IMG/VR virus record: IMGVR_UViG_643692022_000007
Length of the DNA: 38,874 nt
Reading direction: 5' to 3' (one strand)
Source: a virus
Taxonomy: Duplodnaviria; Heunggongvirae; Uroviricota; Caudoviricetes
Shown here: positions 11,995-23,289 of the stretch, piece after piece
Numbering within the stretch: position 1 is the first letter of the stretch
How the letters are laid out: each line of letters starts with the position of its first letter
Notes under the pieces: model-generated
The model's input: only the letters and a program-made list of their open reading frames with translations
What the model was told of the DNA's origin: nothing
The model's database searches: none
Made by a program: the position numbers and the translations under genes

Positions 11995-13290
11995 TCACGC
12001 GGTCTGGTTAGGCAGACCAACACCAATTGCCTCTGGTCGTACAGCACATGCTGAATACCACACAGCAATACGGCACTTACCAGACAGAGTGTTGATATCA
12101 CCCTGCGTTGCGAAGATGCCGTTAACACCAATACCAGGAATGCTGAAGGAAGAAGTTTTCATGCCAGCAAACAGTTCATGAGTTACCGGGATCGGCTGAG
12201 ACAGCAGACGGATTGAGTCATCAGCCCAGAACACGTTAGCGGTGGTTGTTGCCACGTTCAGAACATTTACCGGAGTGGTATCAGCAAGAGAGGTGTTTAC
12301 GTTAGCGTAAGCCTTCTCTTCTTTTGTCAGTGACGCGTCATCCAGTGCAATCGGTTTCGGCGTGATTTCGAGGTGAGTACCATCGATCACACGGGTGATT
12401 GAGAAAGTAGCATCATCAGTCAGCACGTTCTTCGCCATCTGAGACAGGAATTTCACACCAGTGAAGCTGATTTTGTCGCCGCGCTTAAATCCGGTGGTGG
12501 AGGATACGGTCACCGTTGCAACACGGTTGTCGACGTTCTCTTTGTTACCATCGGTATCAAGGGTGTATGCCTGCGGCTTAAACTTCTGCGCACCAGAAAC
12601 AGTTACACCAGTAGCGGTTGACTTGGTAACTGCCGGAAGTTTCGGTGAGCGAAGAATTTCATCAAAGCCAGCAATCTGACGCTGAATAGTACCGTTGCGA
12701 TACGCTTCTTCAGGAACGCGACCGAAGATGTCACCATCTACCAGGTTGCGGCCTGCTTTGCGGTAATCGTCAGGGTTCAGGAAGTAACTGATGCCCATAT
12801 CGCGGTTTAGCTCACGGGAGAACATCAGGCGCTCTGCATCAGACACAAAATCCCAGCCAGACAGGCCAGTAGATGGACCAATTGCGCGGGTATCGTGAAC
12901 AACAAGTGAGCCCATTTCGGTTGCCTGTTTGGCAATTGCTGACTCAATGTTATTCGCCAGTTTTTTGGCGGATGCCTGGATGCGGCGACGGTAAGAACGC
13001 TCATCACACAGGTCATCTGCACGAAGCTCGAAGAAATCGTTATCCGGATCGCCCATGTTGCATTTTACGGAGAGTTCCAGAATCCCGGTTGCGTTGCCAG
13101 TTAAATCCCAGCCAGTCTGAGTTGGCGCTTCCTGCTCAACAGGCATCCACACGGTGTTGCTTGAACGTTGCATGGATTCTGCCGGAGGGGTGTATTTTGT
13201 CACTTTGGACGCCATTGGCGTCAGGTTCTGGACGGTTTCGATGATTTCATCCAGAGCATACGTGACCAGTTGACCTTCATTTAATGCCAT
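11995..13290 (-). CDS. gp5: Major capsid (coat) protein, P22 gp5 family
   Basis: 431 aa; close match along the whole length to remembered P22 coat protein (MALNEGQ...[12 protein letters not shown]...RDMGISYF...GLPNQTA). Confidence 0.95.
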   Translation of the reverse strand: MALNEGQLVTYALDEIIETVQNLTPMASKVTKYTPPAESMQRSSNTVWMPVEQEAPTQTGWDLTGNATGILELSVKCNMGDPDNDFFELRADDLCDERSYRRRIQASAKKLANNIESAIAKQATEMGSLVVHDTRAIGPSTGLSGWDFVSDAERLMFSRELNRDMGISYFLNPDDYRKAGRNLVDGDIFGRVPEEAYRNGTIQRQIAGFDEILRSPKLPAVTKSTATGVTVSGAQKFKPQAYTLDTDGNKENVDNRVATVTVSSTTGFKRGDKISFTGVKFLSQMAKNVLTDDATFSITRVIDGTHLEITPKPIALDDASLTKEEKAYANVNTSLADTTPVNVLNVATTTANVFWADDSIRLLSQPIPVTHELFAGMKTSSFSIPGIGVNGIFATQGDINTLSGKCRIAVWYSACAVRPEAIGVGLPNQTA

Positions 13291-14201
13291 TATCGAATTC
13301 CTTTATTCAGTTGCGCCTTGAGCTTACGGTACGTCTCTACATCCCCTTTGTTTGCTGCCGCTTCCATCTGCTTTTCAATCGCAGAGATATTTGCAGCAAC
13401 AGCGTGTCCCTGAATGGGTTCATCAGGTAACGGGGCTTCTGAAACAGGTTTGGCTCGAGGCTTTAGAGTTAAACGTTCTGACAGTCGAGTGAGTTCAATC
13501 AGCGCGGATTGCCCGTCCATCGCCAGCAACTGGCGTGTTTTCTCAGGATTAGCACCAAGGTGATACATGAGAGCGGCGGATTTCTCAGGGAAGAGGCGCA
13601 TGATGTCGGCACCGACTGCTGGCGGCACCAGTTGCATGAATGCATCCTCTTTCTCCTGATAGTCAGGGATATTGAGCTTTTCCGCTGCGTCGTAGTGCTT
13701 ACGGGCTGCCTCGACGTATTGCGCTGATTGCTGGGTGAACTCCTGAGTTTTGCGACCCTGCTCGGCGACAGCCTGGCTTCGTGCGTCCATAGCCTTGATC
13801 TGCCATTCACTGTTTGCCTGCTGGAAGGCAGCCAGTGCGCGGCTCTGGTCATAGTCGTACTTAGCCAGTGCGTCTTCGGAAAGATAATCGTTAGGGTCTG
13901 GTTGTTTTGGTAACTCAGGGTTCACCCGCAGGTGCTCCGGCAACTCTCCACGCTTAACCGCTTCCATCTGCTGCTCAAGCTCACGCTGGCGTTTGCGTTC
14001 GATGCGGCGACGGGCAAATTCAGCATTAGTTGCCGGGTCTTGTTTTGGTTTCTCATCGTCTTTCAGGACAATCTCGAAGCCTTCTTCCTGACCTGCGTTG
14101 TCGTTGGCATTATCGACAACTAAGCCATCAGCAGATGCCGCTGCATGATTGCCGGGCAGGGTTAATTCTTCAGAAGCCTGAATGTCGGTGGTTTGGTCCA
14201 T
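13290..14201 (-). CDS. gp8: Scaffolding protein, P22 gp8 family
   Basis: 303 aa, the same length as P22 gp8 and a close match ([50 protein letters not shown]...). Confidence 0.9.
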   Translation of the reverse strand: MDQTTDIQASEELTLPGNHAAASADGLVVDNANDNAGQEEGFEIVLKDDEKPKQDPATNAEFARRRIERKRQRELEQQMEAVKRGELPEHLRVNPELPKQPDPNDYLSEDALAKYDYDQSRALAAFQQANSEWQIKAMDARSQAVAEQGRKTQEFTQQSAQYVEAARKHYDAAEKLNIPDYQEKEDAFMQLVPPAVGADIMRLFPEKSAALMYHLGANPEKTRQLLAMDGQSALIELTRLSERLTLKPRAKPVSEAPLPDEPIQGHAVAANISAIEKQMEAAANKGDVETYRKLKAQLNKGIR

Positions 14202-14214
14202 GATTAACTCTCTC

Positions 14215-16380
14215 TTATTGAGGTGTCTCGGCTACTCCGCCGGAGGGGATTTGAACTTGACGCATAAGATTCGCGAAATCCATGCGTTGTGAATGAGTCT
14301 GGTCTGCATCTTTAAGAAGCAGCTCAGCGTTAGCACGAGCGTCCTTGCTGCGCTGTTGCTGGAATTGACCTACGAGCTTGAGGTACTCACGCAGTTCTGC
14401 CTGCTTGTCGAGGTCCATATTGTTGAAGATTTCTGCAATCTTCGCGGCGTTGAGTTGGTTTTGGGCTTCAACCTTGGCGGCTTCAACCTGAATCTGCGCC
14501 TGTTGGTTCTCTGCCTTGAGCAATTCAGCCTGACCTTGCAGAAGGATGCCCTGCGCCTGAATTTGCTCTGCTGATGGCTGCTGCGGCTGCTGTTGAGCCT
14601 GCTGTACCATCTCCATCTCTTCAGGTGTTTCTGGTTTCTTCAGCCCCATCATCACCAGTTGCTTGTTCGCGTACTCTCGCATCATCTCGACGCCTTTACC
14701 GTCAAGCAGCGTGAAGTATTGCAGCATCAGCATCTGGAACTCTGGAGTACCTTGCGGAACCTTGGTTAGCAACTCCTGAATCTCTGCGCGGTTCTGTTCC
14801 TTCATACTCTGGAAGGATGGCCCAACGTCTGTATAGCACTCATATCGACCGCGAATGTCGTTGAGTGTGACCACATTGCCAGACTGGTAATCGACAACTT
14901 GCGCATAGAGTTGAACGTCTTTCTCGCTTCCATCTTCAAGTGTCAGCGTTACATGACGAGGAACGTCATAAATATCGTTTACCATTGAGGCATAAATCTC
15001 GCCATCACGTCGCATTGCGGTAGCCAGGTTATCCTGAAACACGTATGTCTCAAGGTCTGCCCGCATGTTCAGTTGATTGACGGTATCGAAAGCGACCTGA
15101 GAGTTTGCTGCCTGCGCATCAACGCCAAGACTAGCCACCTCTTTCACTGCGTTGGTGGCAGCCTCAAGCATGTAAGCGTTGGCTTGCGGCACTTCAGGGT
15201 TTTCCATGTAGGAGATTGGACCAATCGGCAGGTCGTTACCGTTTTCATCGGTCCTGTTCTGCAGATAGTACGGATAGTCATCATTTCCACCGTACATGTA
15301 TTCGTAGCCTTCGATTTGCTCAGGGAAGAAGGTAGGTTTCTTCTTCGGTGAACGAGCAACAATATCGGCGTTGAACGACATGATCATGTTACGAAGGCGC
15401 TGACCGTCTTTCGTCAGCCTTACCACTCCTTCGTAGCACTCCTTGTCACCAGCGAATGACCATTCGCCATACACTGGAACGATTGGAATATGCTCTCCGG
15501 CTATCTTCTCGCGGTCTTTCAGTATCTGCGTGCAGGTGATGATCGACTTATACACACGCCGACGCTTGACCTTACGCTCTGCTACCTTAATGAATCCACG
15601 ATTAGCCAGGTCGTCGATGACGTCTTTGATATCCTGCTGGTAATAGCTGACCGGCTCACCTGTCAGCGGGTCGCGGTAGATAAAGACTTTCTCTTTCTTC
15701 TCTTCTACCTCGTAATACTCAGCGACGTAGACGACATCATTCGATATCCAAGGGAACAGCCATGTATCGTTCGGATTCTGGAAAGATGGCAAGGTATCCG
15801 GATCAATACCGTAATCCTCTGCAAACTCTTTCCAGCCATTGCGTGACAAAGCGTTAATCACCGTGCAATGCTTAGCGTCGCTCTTATCCATCTGCTTGCT
15901 GTTGGCGTCCCATATGACGTGTGAGCAGGCTTCATGGATTGGCAGGCGTCGAATTACCTGATTGTTACTTGTTGGATCGTTGTCTTCGTACTGCGTGACC
16001 AGACGCCATGCACCAACGCCGGACTCTATCTGCTCACGAACGCCAACGTTAACGGCAATTTTTGCCGTGTTATGGCGCATATCAGTACGATACATCCCCA
16101 TCAGCACATCGGCAGCATCAGGATTAGCGCCGTCTTTTGGTCTGAAGAGAACGTCGATAGGGTTCCGGCGCATCTCTGCGACCAGTTTCCTGACCACCGG
16201 GCGAACAACATCGAATTGTCCGCGATATTGCAGGGTCGTGTAGTTTGATAGCCAGTCATCCCATTGCGACACTCGGCTAAAATACAGGTCATTTGTCGCC
16301 TCGGTTCTGGCTTCATCGCTCGCCATCCAGTCTGCGTCAAACTTACACAGAATGGAATTGAGTCTGTTTTCATCGGCCAT
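14215..16380 (-). CDS. gp1: Portal protein, P22 gp1 family
   Basis: 721 aa (P22 portal is about 725) with a long Gln/Ala-rich C-terminal helical region; lies between TerL and scaffold. Confidence 0.9.
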   Translation of the reverse strand: MADENRLNSILCKFDADWMASDEARTEATNDLYFSRVSQWDDWLSNYTTLQYRGQFDVVRPVVRKLVAEMRRNPIDVLFRPKDGANPDAADVLMGMYRTDMRHNTAKIAVNVGVREQIESGVGAWRLVTQYEDNDPTSNNQVIRRLPIHEACSHVIWDANSKQMDKSDAKHCTVINALSRNGWKEFAEDYGIDPDTLPSFQNPNDTWLFPWISNDVVYVAEYYEVEEKKEKVFIYRDPLTGEPVSYYQQDIKDVIDDLANRGFIKVAERKVKRRRVYKSIITCTQILKDREKIAGEHIPIVPVYGEWSFAGDKECYEGVVRLTKDGQRLRNMIMSFNADIVARSPKKKPTFFPEQIEGYEYMYGGNDDYPYYLQNRTDENGNDLPIGPISYMENPEVPQANAYMLEAATNAVKEVASLGVDAQAANSQVAFDTVNQLNMRADLETYVFQDNLATAMRRDGEIYASMVNDIYDVPRHVTLTLEDGSEKDVQLYAQVVDYQSGNVVTLNDIRGRYECYTDVGPSFQSMKEQNRAEIQELLTKVPQGTPEFQMLMLQYFTLLDGKGVEMMREYANKQLVMMGLKKPETPEEMEMVQQAQQQPQQPSAEQIQAQGILLQGQAELLKAENQQAQIQVEAAKVEAQNQLNAAKIAEIFNNMDLDKQAELREYLKLVGQFQQQRSKDARANAELLLKDADQTHSQRMDFANLMRQVQIPSGGVAETPQ

Positions 16381-17880
16381 TTAAGTTCTCCGTGCGATGG
16401 GCCTGATTGGGGCTGGTATCTTTTTCTCTTTTGGTTTTTTGATGTCGCGCATCATTTTGGCGAAGCGGCGCATCATGTATGCATAGCGAACGGCGGAGAG
16501 AACGTCATCGTTAAGCTTGACGATTTTCCCGTTTTCATCACGGTGATAGAGGCGGAACTCCTCAAAGAATGGCTCACAGGTGTTGAATACTTTGAAGCGA
16601 CCATCGAGCATCATGTCGCGCAATTCAGTGATGCCAGGCTCCACCGCGTTACCGCCATCAGGCCATGTCGCATGCTCCTGCAACATCATAAAACCAGCAT
16701 CTGCATACTGCCCTTTGAGCTGCTCACCGCCGCCCTTCTCGTGCTGATTTCCGTCATGAGGCCATGCTGTTGGCACTTTATGCGCCCATGATTTAACAGC
16801 TCCCCATGCCTGAACGGCTGTTTTTTCTTTCGCCTTCCACACGCGTGAAACGTAGATTGTGTCTGCGTCCTTATCCCACCAAAGCTGAACCTGCGCCTGT
16901 GGGTGATCCCATCCGAAATCCATCCCGCCAATTACGTAGAAGTGATCAGGACACTCGAACGGCTGGCACTTAATCGTCTCTTCCGGTATCTGGAAGATTC
17001 GACCGCTACCCATCGTAGGAATACCGCGAGCACGAGCCTCTCTCTCATGCTCGGGATAGGATGCGATGATTTGCTCTTTCTGCTCGTCGGTGTAGTGCTC
17101 AGCGTCGTAGATGGTCATGTTGACCACTTTCTGCGACTTGCTTGGATTCTTCAGGAACTTGGTAACAACGTCAGACATCCCCATCAGCGGGGTAAACGTC
17201 AGAATTGAGAATTGCCCGTATTTGTTGGTACGGGTAAGACCTTCGCCATAAATGCTGTATGGTGGTTCTTCGTCAAACCACACGCCGTGGATTGTGTCAC
17301 CCTGCCAGCGAGCACGGCCTTGCGAGTATGGCTTGAAGTAGCAGATTGAAATGCCATCTTCAACGCCATCAGCCGTGTGATGCTTAACCAGAAGATGATC
17401 AACAAGGTTCGGAAAGAAAGGAGACTTCTTCCAGCTAATGATGTCTTCTTTCGGTATGGAACCGTAGCCAGGCTCATCATTCTCTTCAATACGACCGCAC
17501 AGGATGCGTTGAGTCGTTTTGGTTACAGTCTCGTTTGTCTCGCCACCAATCCAGAAGACAACAGGCTCATAAAAACGCTTACCTTTCCACTCACCGCCAT
17601 ATTTACCATCAGCAGGATAGCCTTTTGTGCCCGGATAACGCCCTGTAAGGTGAAACGCTACTTCAGCAGCACCAGTAAATGACTTACCAAGCTGGTTACC
17701 AGCCATAAAACAGCGCTCTGGATAGTCATGCCCGGCGTCGATGAACTCACGCTGTTTGCTGTATGGCGTAAATTCATATAGCAGGTGTGTGTTCCGGTAG
17801 TTCTCTTCTTCTTCGAGTAGCTCGAGCAATTCGATTTGCTCTTCGTCGCTCAGGTTATCAAGAATCGCGTCCAGTTCCAC
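16381..17880 (-). CDS. gp2: Terminase large subunit, P22 gp2 family
   Basis: 499 aa, the same length as P22 gp2; directly downstream of terS and overlapping it. Confidence 0.9.
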   Translation of the reverse strand: MELDAILDNLSDEEQIELLELLEEEENYRNTHLLYEFTPYSKQREFIDAGHDYPERCFMAGNQLGKSFTGAAEVAFHLTGRYPGTKGYPADGKYGGEWKGKRFYEPVVFWIGGETNETVTKTTQRILCGRIEENDEPGYGSIPKEDIISWKKSPFFPNLVDHLLVKHHTADGVEDGISICYFKPYSQGRARWQGDTIHGVWFDEEPPYSIYGEGLTRTNKYGQFSILTFTPLMGMSDVVTKFLKNPSKSQKVVNMTIYDAEHYTDEQKEQIIASYPEHEREARARGIPTMGSGRIFQIPEETIKCQPFECPDHFYVIGGMDFGWDHPQAQVQLWWDKDADTIYVSRVWKAKEKTAVQAWGAVKSWAHKVPTAWPHDGNQHEKGGGEQLKGQYADAGFMMLQEHATWPDGGNAVEPGITELRDMMLDGRFKVFNTCEPFFEEFRLYHRDENGKIVKLNDDVLSAVRYAYMMRRFAKMMRDIKKPKEKKIPAPIRPIARRT

Positions 17881-18352
17881 GGTTGAATAGCTCCTTGATA
17901 CGAGAGCGTCGCTTATCGCGATCTCCCTTATCAGGTGTCACGTCTTCAACTTGCGACTGCTCTTTGAGGCCCAAATCACGGGCGATGATGTTAGCGTTGA
18001 GAAGGTCAGCGGCTGCGCCAGAGAATTTCTGGTCGTAGATGACCTGCTCTGCTCGCGTAACGACTTCAGATAAATCTTCTCGCAGGCGATATGTGCGCCA
18101 TGTTTCAAGCGTCACATCAATGAACAGAGTGAGGCCTGTAATAGTCATCGCTCGCATCTTGGCGATAGGCTCTTGTATCACTTCACCCTGATACGAGAAC
18201 GCCTTCATCTCCCATAGCGGGTTAGCTTCTACCCACTCGAAGTATTCACAACAAGCAGCCCACAGCGCCTCAGGCGATTCGAATTTAGGATTTCGCCCAT
18301 GACTACTGCGGGCCTCCCAAAATCGGTTGCCCTTTGGTGCTGCCATATTCAT
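17858..18352 (-). CDS. gp3: Terminase small subunit, P22 gp3 family
   Basis: 164 aa, near-identical to remembered P22 gp3 ([50 protein letters not shown]...); contains the pac sequence. Confidence 0.9.
   Translation of the reverse strand: MNMAAPKGNRFWEARSSHGRNPKFESPEALWAACCEYFEWVEANPLWEMKAFSYQGEVIQEPIAKMRAMTITGLTLFIDVTLETWRTYRLREDLSEVVTRAEQVIYDQKFSGAAADLLNANIIARDLGLKEQSQVEDVTPDKGDRDKRRSRIKELFNRGTGRDS
18058..18079 (-). other. pac: pac site (P22-type headful packaging recognition sequence) inside terS
   Basis: Minus-strand sequence GAAGATTTATCTGAAGTCGTTA, encoding EDLSEVV of TerS; matches the remembered P22 pac consensus. Confidence 0.75.
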
Positions 18353-18369
18353 CTCACTTAGCTGTTATT

Positions 18370-18549
18370 TCAGGCTGAGGACTCTTTCGCGCCTTCAATC
18401 AATGACTGCTTCAGCAATTCAAGTGTGCCAATCGCCTCGCATAAACTGATTTCACCATCGTAATCATGGATGACGCTTTCCAGCCTCTCGTATAGCTCTT
18501 GAGTAATTGGGAATTTCTTCTCCTTACCCAAATTGATTACGCGGCTCAC
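18370..18549 (-). CDS. Possible small protein (about 59 aa, GTG start) between ORF80 and terS
   Basis: Hand-translated open frame VSRVINLGKEKKFPITQELYERLESVIHDYDGEISLCEAIGTLELLKQSLIEGAKESSA with GGAG about 6 nt upstream of GTG. Below the 60-aa track cutoff. Confidence 0.25.
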   Translation of the reverse strand: MSRVINLGKEKKFPITQELYERLESVIHDYDGEISLCEAIGTLELLKQSLIEGAKESSA

Positions 18550-18550
18550 A

Positions 18551-18793
18551 TCATGCTCCGGTAGTGAACAGGTCTAACGCTTCCTTCGATTTACGCACCG
18601 CTTCAAATGTGCGGATCGTGATATCCGAATTAGCGCCGCCTGACTGGAAGTGAATTTTGAATAGCTCAAGCTTCAGTTCGTCAGTGCCAATGAACTGAAA
18701 TGCTTCTTCTGCGGCTGCGTTCTGGTTCATGACCAGTTTGTAAATCTCTAACTGGAATTTCTGTTCTTCAGTCATGGGAATAATCTCTGCCAT
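18551..18793 (-). CDS. Hypothetical protein in the P22 orf80 position
   Basis: 80-aa ORF with GGAG before the ATG, between rha and terS; no domain recognised. Confidence 0.5.
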   Translation of the reverse strand: MAEIIPMTEEQKFQLEIYKLVMNQNAAAEEAFQFIGTDELKLELFKIHFQSGGANSDITIRTFEAVRKSKEALDLFTTGA

Positions 18794-19145
18794 TGTTGGC
18801 TCCGTTTATCCGTTAAAAGGGATATCAGTTAAGTTATCCCGTGTAGGGTATAAGCCATTGTCGAGACCATTCATTGAATGGCCTCTGCAATAACCGATGT
18901 CTTTCCATCAGTCCGCCACCACAAAGAATCTTTTTTGCCATAAGGCAGGAGGTTCATCTTTCAGTGGCTGCCAGTGTTATTTCCCCACTTACTGGCTTGG
19001 GTTGTGTCGCTGTACTTCCGTAACTGGTGGTGCACAGATTTAGTTAAATCTGTTCTCGCCTGAACTATCTTTTACATACCCGGATTGTGGGGATGTAAAT
19101 CACGGTTTCATTATCAAGCCCACCCGTAGATGGGCTTTGGAATGG

Positions 19146-19664
19146 TCACTTTGGCAGTCCGGGGATCGATATTTGCGCCTGCTGCTCAAGCCTTTCGATT
19201 CTTGCTATGAGTTGCGGTTTTTTGATCCTGCCCCAGCGGTTCAGCAAGCGTCCTGACATACTGGCAACATCCTTTTCCTTCATGAACTCCAGCATTAACT
19301 CGTTGTGCTCTCTTTGGTATGAGTGAGCCATCTCCATCAGCCTGTCACGCATCCAATTAAATGCTTTGATAAACGCCTCTTTGATGGCGGCAGCTTTTTT
19401 GCCGGTAAACGACATGATGATGTACATCGCACCGTCTTTGGAAATTTCATATTCAACATACTGATTACCCTTGTGTTCATAGGTAACCCGCGAAAAGTTG
19501 CTGGTTAGAAATTCATCCGAACAGTCTAGCTTTTCGATTTTCTGAATGATGTGGTGATGCTGCTTGTCGAAGTAAGCTGCTACCTTGCGGGAGGTTGTGA
19601 TCACGCGATCACCAGAAACAACCACCATGTCCCGGAAATCGAGATTAGCCAATTGATGATTCAT
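19146..19664 (-). CDS. rha: Rha-family phage regulatory protein
   Basis: From the internal ATG the product MNHQLANLDFRDMVVVSGDRVITTSRKVAAYFDKQHHHIIQKIEKL... is about 172 aa and looks like Rha. The longer track ORF (to 19907) is probably upstream read-through. Confidence 0.65.
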   Translation of the reverse strand: MNHQLANLDFRDMVVVSGDRVITTSRKVAAYFDKQHHHIIQKIEKLDCSDEFLTSNFSRVTYEHKGNQYVEYEISKDGAMYIIMSFTGKKAAAIKEAFIKAFNWMRDRLMEMAHSYQREHNELMLEFMKEKDVASMSGRLLNRWGRIKKPQLIARIERLEQQAQISIPGLPK

Positions 19665-19804
19665 AGCGTCTTTACCTTTTAGAAAGTGAGCCTGTCTCAC
19701 AGAAAAGCCGCCCGAGAGAGGTCGCCACCTATAACGGCATTTCTCAGGCTCGCTTACTGAAAGGCTCTCGTTAATATGCGCGTGAGATGCGCTGTGAAAT
19801 TCAG

Positions 19805-19832
19805 ATATAAAAAAGCCCCGCGAATGCGAGGC
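19805..19832 (-). terminator. Rho-independent terminator downstream of the lysis cassette
   Basis: Minus-strand hairpin GCCTCGC-attc-GCGGGGC (one mismatch) followed by TTTTTTATATCTG. Confidence 0.6.
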
Positions 19833-20006
19833 TAAATCCTGGTGTTTGTGATGACTGGCTCTTATCTCAACGCAGCCCCTTACCGCGCGCCATATGCTTA
19901 ACTTCAAGCATCAGCAATGAGATGTTTAATCTGGATTCACTCCAGAAGTGATCACCACCCTGTCTACAGAGCCAGATGTGAAGGATGATGAGTAAAATTA
20001 TCGCTA

Positions 20007-20474
20007 TCATCGAAGGCATTGCGTCCTGATGTATTCCTGAAGCGTTCTCAGTGCTGTTTGGTCGCGGATAATTCCGTCCCGGACACCGAGAACGTTTCGT
20101 CCAGCAACTGGAGAGAGTTCGACGGTGGCATCATTGCCCATGCCGGAGGTGCGGGAGGTTTCGGTTGAGGCTGGCACTTGACACTTTCCTTTGACGAGCA
20201 CCCTGCCACCATTATCAAGCTTGCGCCGAAGAGCATCATTTTCAGCTTTCGCATCAGCTAACTCCTTCGTGTATTTAGCATCGAGTGCATCAGCAGAACG
20301 CTGGCGCTGCTGCATGTCAGCGATGGTGGCGGTCGCCTGCTTCAGCTCACTGACTTTTTTATCACGCTGTTCTTTATAGGTAATGGCGTTATCACGGTAA
20401 TGATTAACCGCCCATGACAGACAGACGATGATGCAGATAACCAGAGCGGAGATAATCGCGGTTACTCTGCTCAT
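20007..20474 (-). CDS. Rz: Rz i-spanin
   Basis: [34 protein letters not shown]... matches remembered lambda Rz; N-terminal TM helix plus coiled coil; ATGA overlap with the endolysin stop. Confidence 0.85.
   Translation of the reverse strand: MSRVTAIISALVICIIVCLSWAVNHYRDNAITYKEQRDKKVSELKQATATIADMQQRQRSADALDAKYTKELADAKAENDALRRKLDNGGRVLVKGKCQVPASTETSRTSGMGNDATVELSPVAGRNVLGVRDGIIRDQTALRTLQEYIRTQCLR
20048..20254 (-). CDS. Rz1: Rz1 o-spanin lipoprotein, embedded in the +1 frame of Rz
   Basis: [21 protein letters not shown]... has a signal peptide and lipobox (VAGC) followed by a Pro-rich segment ([11 protein letters not shown]), like lambda Rz1. Confidence 0.75.
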   Translation of the reverse strand: MRKLKMMLFGASLIMVAGCSSKESVKCQPQPKPPAPPAWAMMPPSNSLQLLDETFSVSGTELSATKQH

Positions 20475-20974
20475 TGTTGCCCCCACAAACAGACTTCACG
20501 CTCAATCTCACGGCGAGTCATCAGCCCTTTCCATTGCTTACCGCCAGCGTATGTCCAGCGCCGTAGCTGATCACATGCGCCTTTGATATCACCCTGGTTT
20601 ATTTTGCGAAGAAGCGTCGATGTTCTGAAATTGCCAGCACCCACGTTGTAGACGAACGAGTAAAGAGCGCCGCGCGTTGTTTCCGGTATATCGACTTTGA
20701 TGTACGGGTTAATTTGTCTGGCGACCGTGGCAAGGTCTTTATTCAGGAGGGCTTTGCATTCTGCTTCGGTATACGTTTTACCGAGCATGATGTCTTTTCC
20801 GGTGTGTCCGTGACATACAGTCCATACACCAACAATATCTTTGTATGGTATGTAGCTAACACCTTCCAAACCATCGTTACCACTTGGTCCAGTGATTAAC
20901 ACAGATGCTATAGCAATAGCCCCGCCACTTATCGCCGCTATTACGCTATTTCGTAGTGCCGGTGACATTGCCAT
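20471..20974 (-). CDS. R: SAR-type endolysin (phage 21 R-like lysozyme)
   Basis: 167 aa; Gly/Ala-rich weakly hydrophobic N-terminus ([19 protein letters not shown]), then a lysozyme domain matching remembered phage 21 R. Confidence 0.85.
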   Translation of the reverse strand: MAMSPALRNSVIAAISGGAIAIASVLITGPSGNDGLEGVSYIPYKDIVGVWTVCHGHTGKDIMLGKTYTEAECKALLNKDLATVARQINPYIKVDIPETTRGALYSFVYNVGAGNFRTSTLLRKINQGDIKGACDQLRRWTYAGGKQWKGLMTRREIEREVCLWGQQ

Positions 20975-21149
20975 TCAATCTGTCCTCGCGCTCTTTGCGC
21001 TTGTAGTACCAGTTGATGCCAAATGTGCCGACAGTACAAAGAATACCAATGATGACAGCCCAGTCATTCAGGGAGAGAATGCCACCCATCGCAGTCAGTC
21101 CTCCGAAGCTGTAACTGAACCATTCTCTGATTTTGTCCATACGGTACAT
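20946..21149 (-). CDS. S: Class II holin (pinholin-like) with dual-start motif
   Basis: 67 aa with two predicted TM helices and a charged C-terminus (KRKEREDR); N-terminal MYRMDKI has two Met separated by a basic residue; lies directly upstream of the SAR endolysin. Confidence 0.7.
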   Translation of the reverse strand: MYRMDKIREWFSYSFGGLTAMGGILSLNDWAVIIGILCTVGTFGINWYYKRKEREDRLNGNVTGTTK

Positions 21150-21155
21150 GCTCTA

Positions 21156-21171
21156 CCCCTTCATTGAGGGG
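21156..21171 (-). promoter_or_regulatory. Stem-loop just upstream of the holin start, analogous to the lambda sdi structure
   Basis: Minus-strand CCCCTCAATGAAGGGG hairpin a few nt before the holin ATG, where lambda has CCCCTTATTGGGGG. Confidence 0.5.
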
Positions 21172-21547
21172 ATTTGCTCTATTTAATTAGGAATAAGGTC
21201 GATTACTGATAGAACAAATCCAGGCTACTGTGTTTAGTAATCAGATTTGTTCGTGACCGATATGCACGGGCAAAACGGCAGGAGGTTGTTAGCGCAACCT
21301 CTTGCCACCCGCTTTCACGAAGGTCATGTGTAGAAGGCCGCAGCGTAACTATCACTGATGAATTCAGGATAGCCAGTGGCTACGGCTCAGTTTGGGTTGT
21401 GCTGTTGCTGGGCGGCGATGACGCCTGTACGCATTTGTTGATCCGGTTCTGCTTCCGGTATTCGCTTAATTCAGCACAACGGAAAGAGCACTCGGTGCAT
21501 TTAAGCCAAGCCCCATAAGGGAGAATGCTCTTACCTGTTGTGCAGAT

Positions 21548-21742
21548 ATAAAAAATCCCGAAACCGTTATGCAGGCTCTAACTATTACCTGCGAACTGTT
21601 TCGGGATTGCATTTTGCAGACCTCTCTGCCTGCGATGGTTGGAGTTCCAGACGATACGTCGAAGTGACCAACTAGGCGGAATCGGTAGTAAGCGCCGCCT
21701 CTTTTCATCTCACTACCACAACGAGCGAATTAACCCATCGTT
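21548..21742 (-). ncRNA. 6S-type short pR' transcript ending at tR'
   Basis: Region matches remembered lambda pR'-tR' sequence; terminator hairpin AATCCCGAAAC(A/C)GTT...AACGGTTTCGGGATT plus T-run at about 21549-21607. Confidence 0.7.
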
Positions 21743-21780
21743 GAGTCAAATTTACCCAATTTTATTCAATAAGTCAATAT
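21743..21780 (-). promoter_or_regulatory. Late promoter pR' with overlapping qut site
   Basis: Minus-strand TTGACTTATTGAATAAAATTGGGTAAATTTGACTCAACG, matching remembered lambda pR' (-35 TTGACT, -10 TAAATT), directly downstream of Q. Confidence 0.75.
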
Positions 21781-21819
21781 CATGCCGTTAATATGTTGCC
21801 ATCCGTGGCAATCATGCTG

Positions 21820-22443
21820 CTAACGTGTGACCGCGTTCAAAATGTTGTCTGCGATTGACTCTTCCTTGTGGCATTGCACCACCAGAGCGTCATACAGCGG
21901 CTTAACAGTGCGTGACCAGGTGGGTTGGGTAAGGTTTGGGATTAGCATCGTCACAGCGCGATATGCTGCGCTTGCTGGCATCCTTGAATAGCCGACGCCT
22001 TTGCATCTTCCGCACTCTTTCTCGACAACTCTCCCCCACTGCTCTGTTTTTGCTATATCAACCGCGCGGCCTGTACCGTGGCAATCTCTGCATCTTGCGC
22101 CCGGCGTGGCGGCACTACGGCAATAATCCGCATAAGCGAATGTTGCGAGCACTTGCAGTACCTTTGCCTTAGTATTTCCTTCAAGCTTTGCCACACCACG
22201 GTATTTCCCCGATACCTTGTGTGCAAATTGCATCAGATAGTTGATAGCCTTTTGTTTGTCGTTCTGGCTGAGTTCGTGCTTACCGCAGAATGCAGTCATA
22301 CCGAATCCGGCTTGTGATTGCGCCATCCCCATAGCAGCCATCACATCAGTACCGGAAAGAGAGTCAGAAGCCGTGGCCCGTGGTGAGTCGCTCATCATCG
22401 GGCTTTTTGGCGAATGAAATTTAGCTACGCTTTCGAGTCTCAT
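21820..22443 (-). CDS. Q: Late-gene antiterminator Q (lambda-type)
   Basis: 207 aa, essentially identical to remembered lambda Q ([49 protein letters not shown]...). Confidence 0.95.
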   Translation of the reverse strand: MRLESVAKFHSPKSPMMSDSPRATASDSLSGTDVMAAMGMAQSQAGFGMTAFCGKHELSQNDKQKAINYLMQFAHKVSGKYRGVAKLEGNTKAKVLQVLATFAYADYCRSAATPGARCRDCHGTGRAVDIAKTEQWGRVVEKECGRCKGVGYSRMPASAAYRAVTMLIPNLTQPTWSRTVKPLYDALVVQCHKEESIADNILNAVTR

Positions 22444-23105
22444 GCGCCTTCTCCCTGTACCTGAATCAATGTGAGGTTTCCGCAGAACACTGCGCCGGTA
22501 TCGATATACATCTGGTTGGCAAACTTGAGTGGTTTCACTGCTGGCGTATGACCAAAGATGAACGTGTCCGCGCCTTTGATTTCTTTCACGACCCCGTCTT
22601 GTGAGTTGCTGATTCGTTCGCGGTTCCAGATTACCTGCTGATGATCAACTGGCTTTCCAAACTCGTATTCGTCACAAGGATAATCGGCGTGGCAGATGAC
22701 ATATTTTTTACCTTTGCTCACCAGTTCAATGATTAACGGAAGTTCATCTGCTTTATGGGCAAGAGCTTTAGCCAGAATTTCTTTGTCGTAATCGAGATTA
22801 AAGAACCAGCCACCGCCATTAAACAGCCAGTGATTGACGTTTCCACGCTCTGATAAGCCATCAATCATCATTTGCTCATGGTTTCCACGTACAGCTTGGA
22901 ACCAGGGGAATGTGATTAATTCCAGACATTCGACGTTCTCTGTACCGCGATCGACCAAATCGCCAACCGAGATAAGCAGGTCTTTTTTGGTGTCGAATCC
23001 TATCGTCTCCAGTTTTTTCATCAGGTTCGTGTAGCATCCGTGCAGATCGCCAACTACCCAAATATTTCGGTATTTGCTGCCATCAATTCTTTCGTAATAG
23101 CGCAT
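22440..23105 (-). CDS. ninI: Ser/Thr protein phosphatase (lambda NinI / PPase)
   Basis: From [29 protein letters not shown]...GNHE the product is about 221 aa and matches the remembered lambda phosphatase. Confidence 0.9.
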   Translation of the reverse strand: MRYYERIDGSKYRNIWVVGDLHGCYTNLMKKLETIGFDTKKDLLISVGDLVDRGTENVECLELITFPWFQAVRGNHEQMMIDGLSERGNVNHWLFNGGGWFFNLDYDKEILAKALAHKADELPLIIELVSKGKKYVICHADYPCDEYEFGKPVDHQQVIWNRERISNSQDGVVKEIKGADTFIFGHTPAVKPLKFANQMYIDTGAVFCGNLTLIQVQGEGA

Positions 23106-23289
23106 CTCTTTCACTCCATCCGCGATGAACCATAAGAACGTCGTTGACGATGGCGTGCATTTTCCCGTCTTTATCATCAACGTATTTTCTTACCGTGCCG
23201 CGACTACATTTCAGTCTGCGTGCCACTTCTGTCTGGTTTCCGTATGCTTCAACGAGCATGTCTGGAATGGTTTTTACTGAGAACGTCAT
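23083..23289 (-). CDS. ninH: NinH
   Basis: 68 aa, matching remembered lambda NinH ([37 protein letters not shown]...). Confidence 0.85.
   Translation of the reverse strand: MTFSVKTIPDMLVEAYGNQTEVARRLKCSRGTVRKYVDDKDGKMHAIVNDVLMVHRGWSERDALLRKN

Noticed and set aside
18794-19145. Possible tRNA or other structured RNA in the ORF-free gap
   Set aside because: I could not find a cloverleaf with proper acceptor and anticodon stems by eye; only a single hairpin is evident. Left as a finding to test computationally.
19665-19907. N-terminal 81 residues of the 253-aa Rha track ORF
   Set aside because: Rha-like sequence begins at the internal ATG (19664), which has its own SD; the upstream part crosses a terminator-like hairpin and is probably non-coding.
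21466-21708. 80-aa minus-strand ORF between Q and the holin
   Set aside because: Lies within the pR'-6S-tR' region that matches lambda non-coding sequence and runs through the terminator hairpin.
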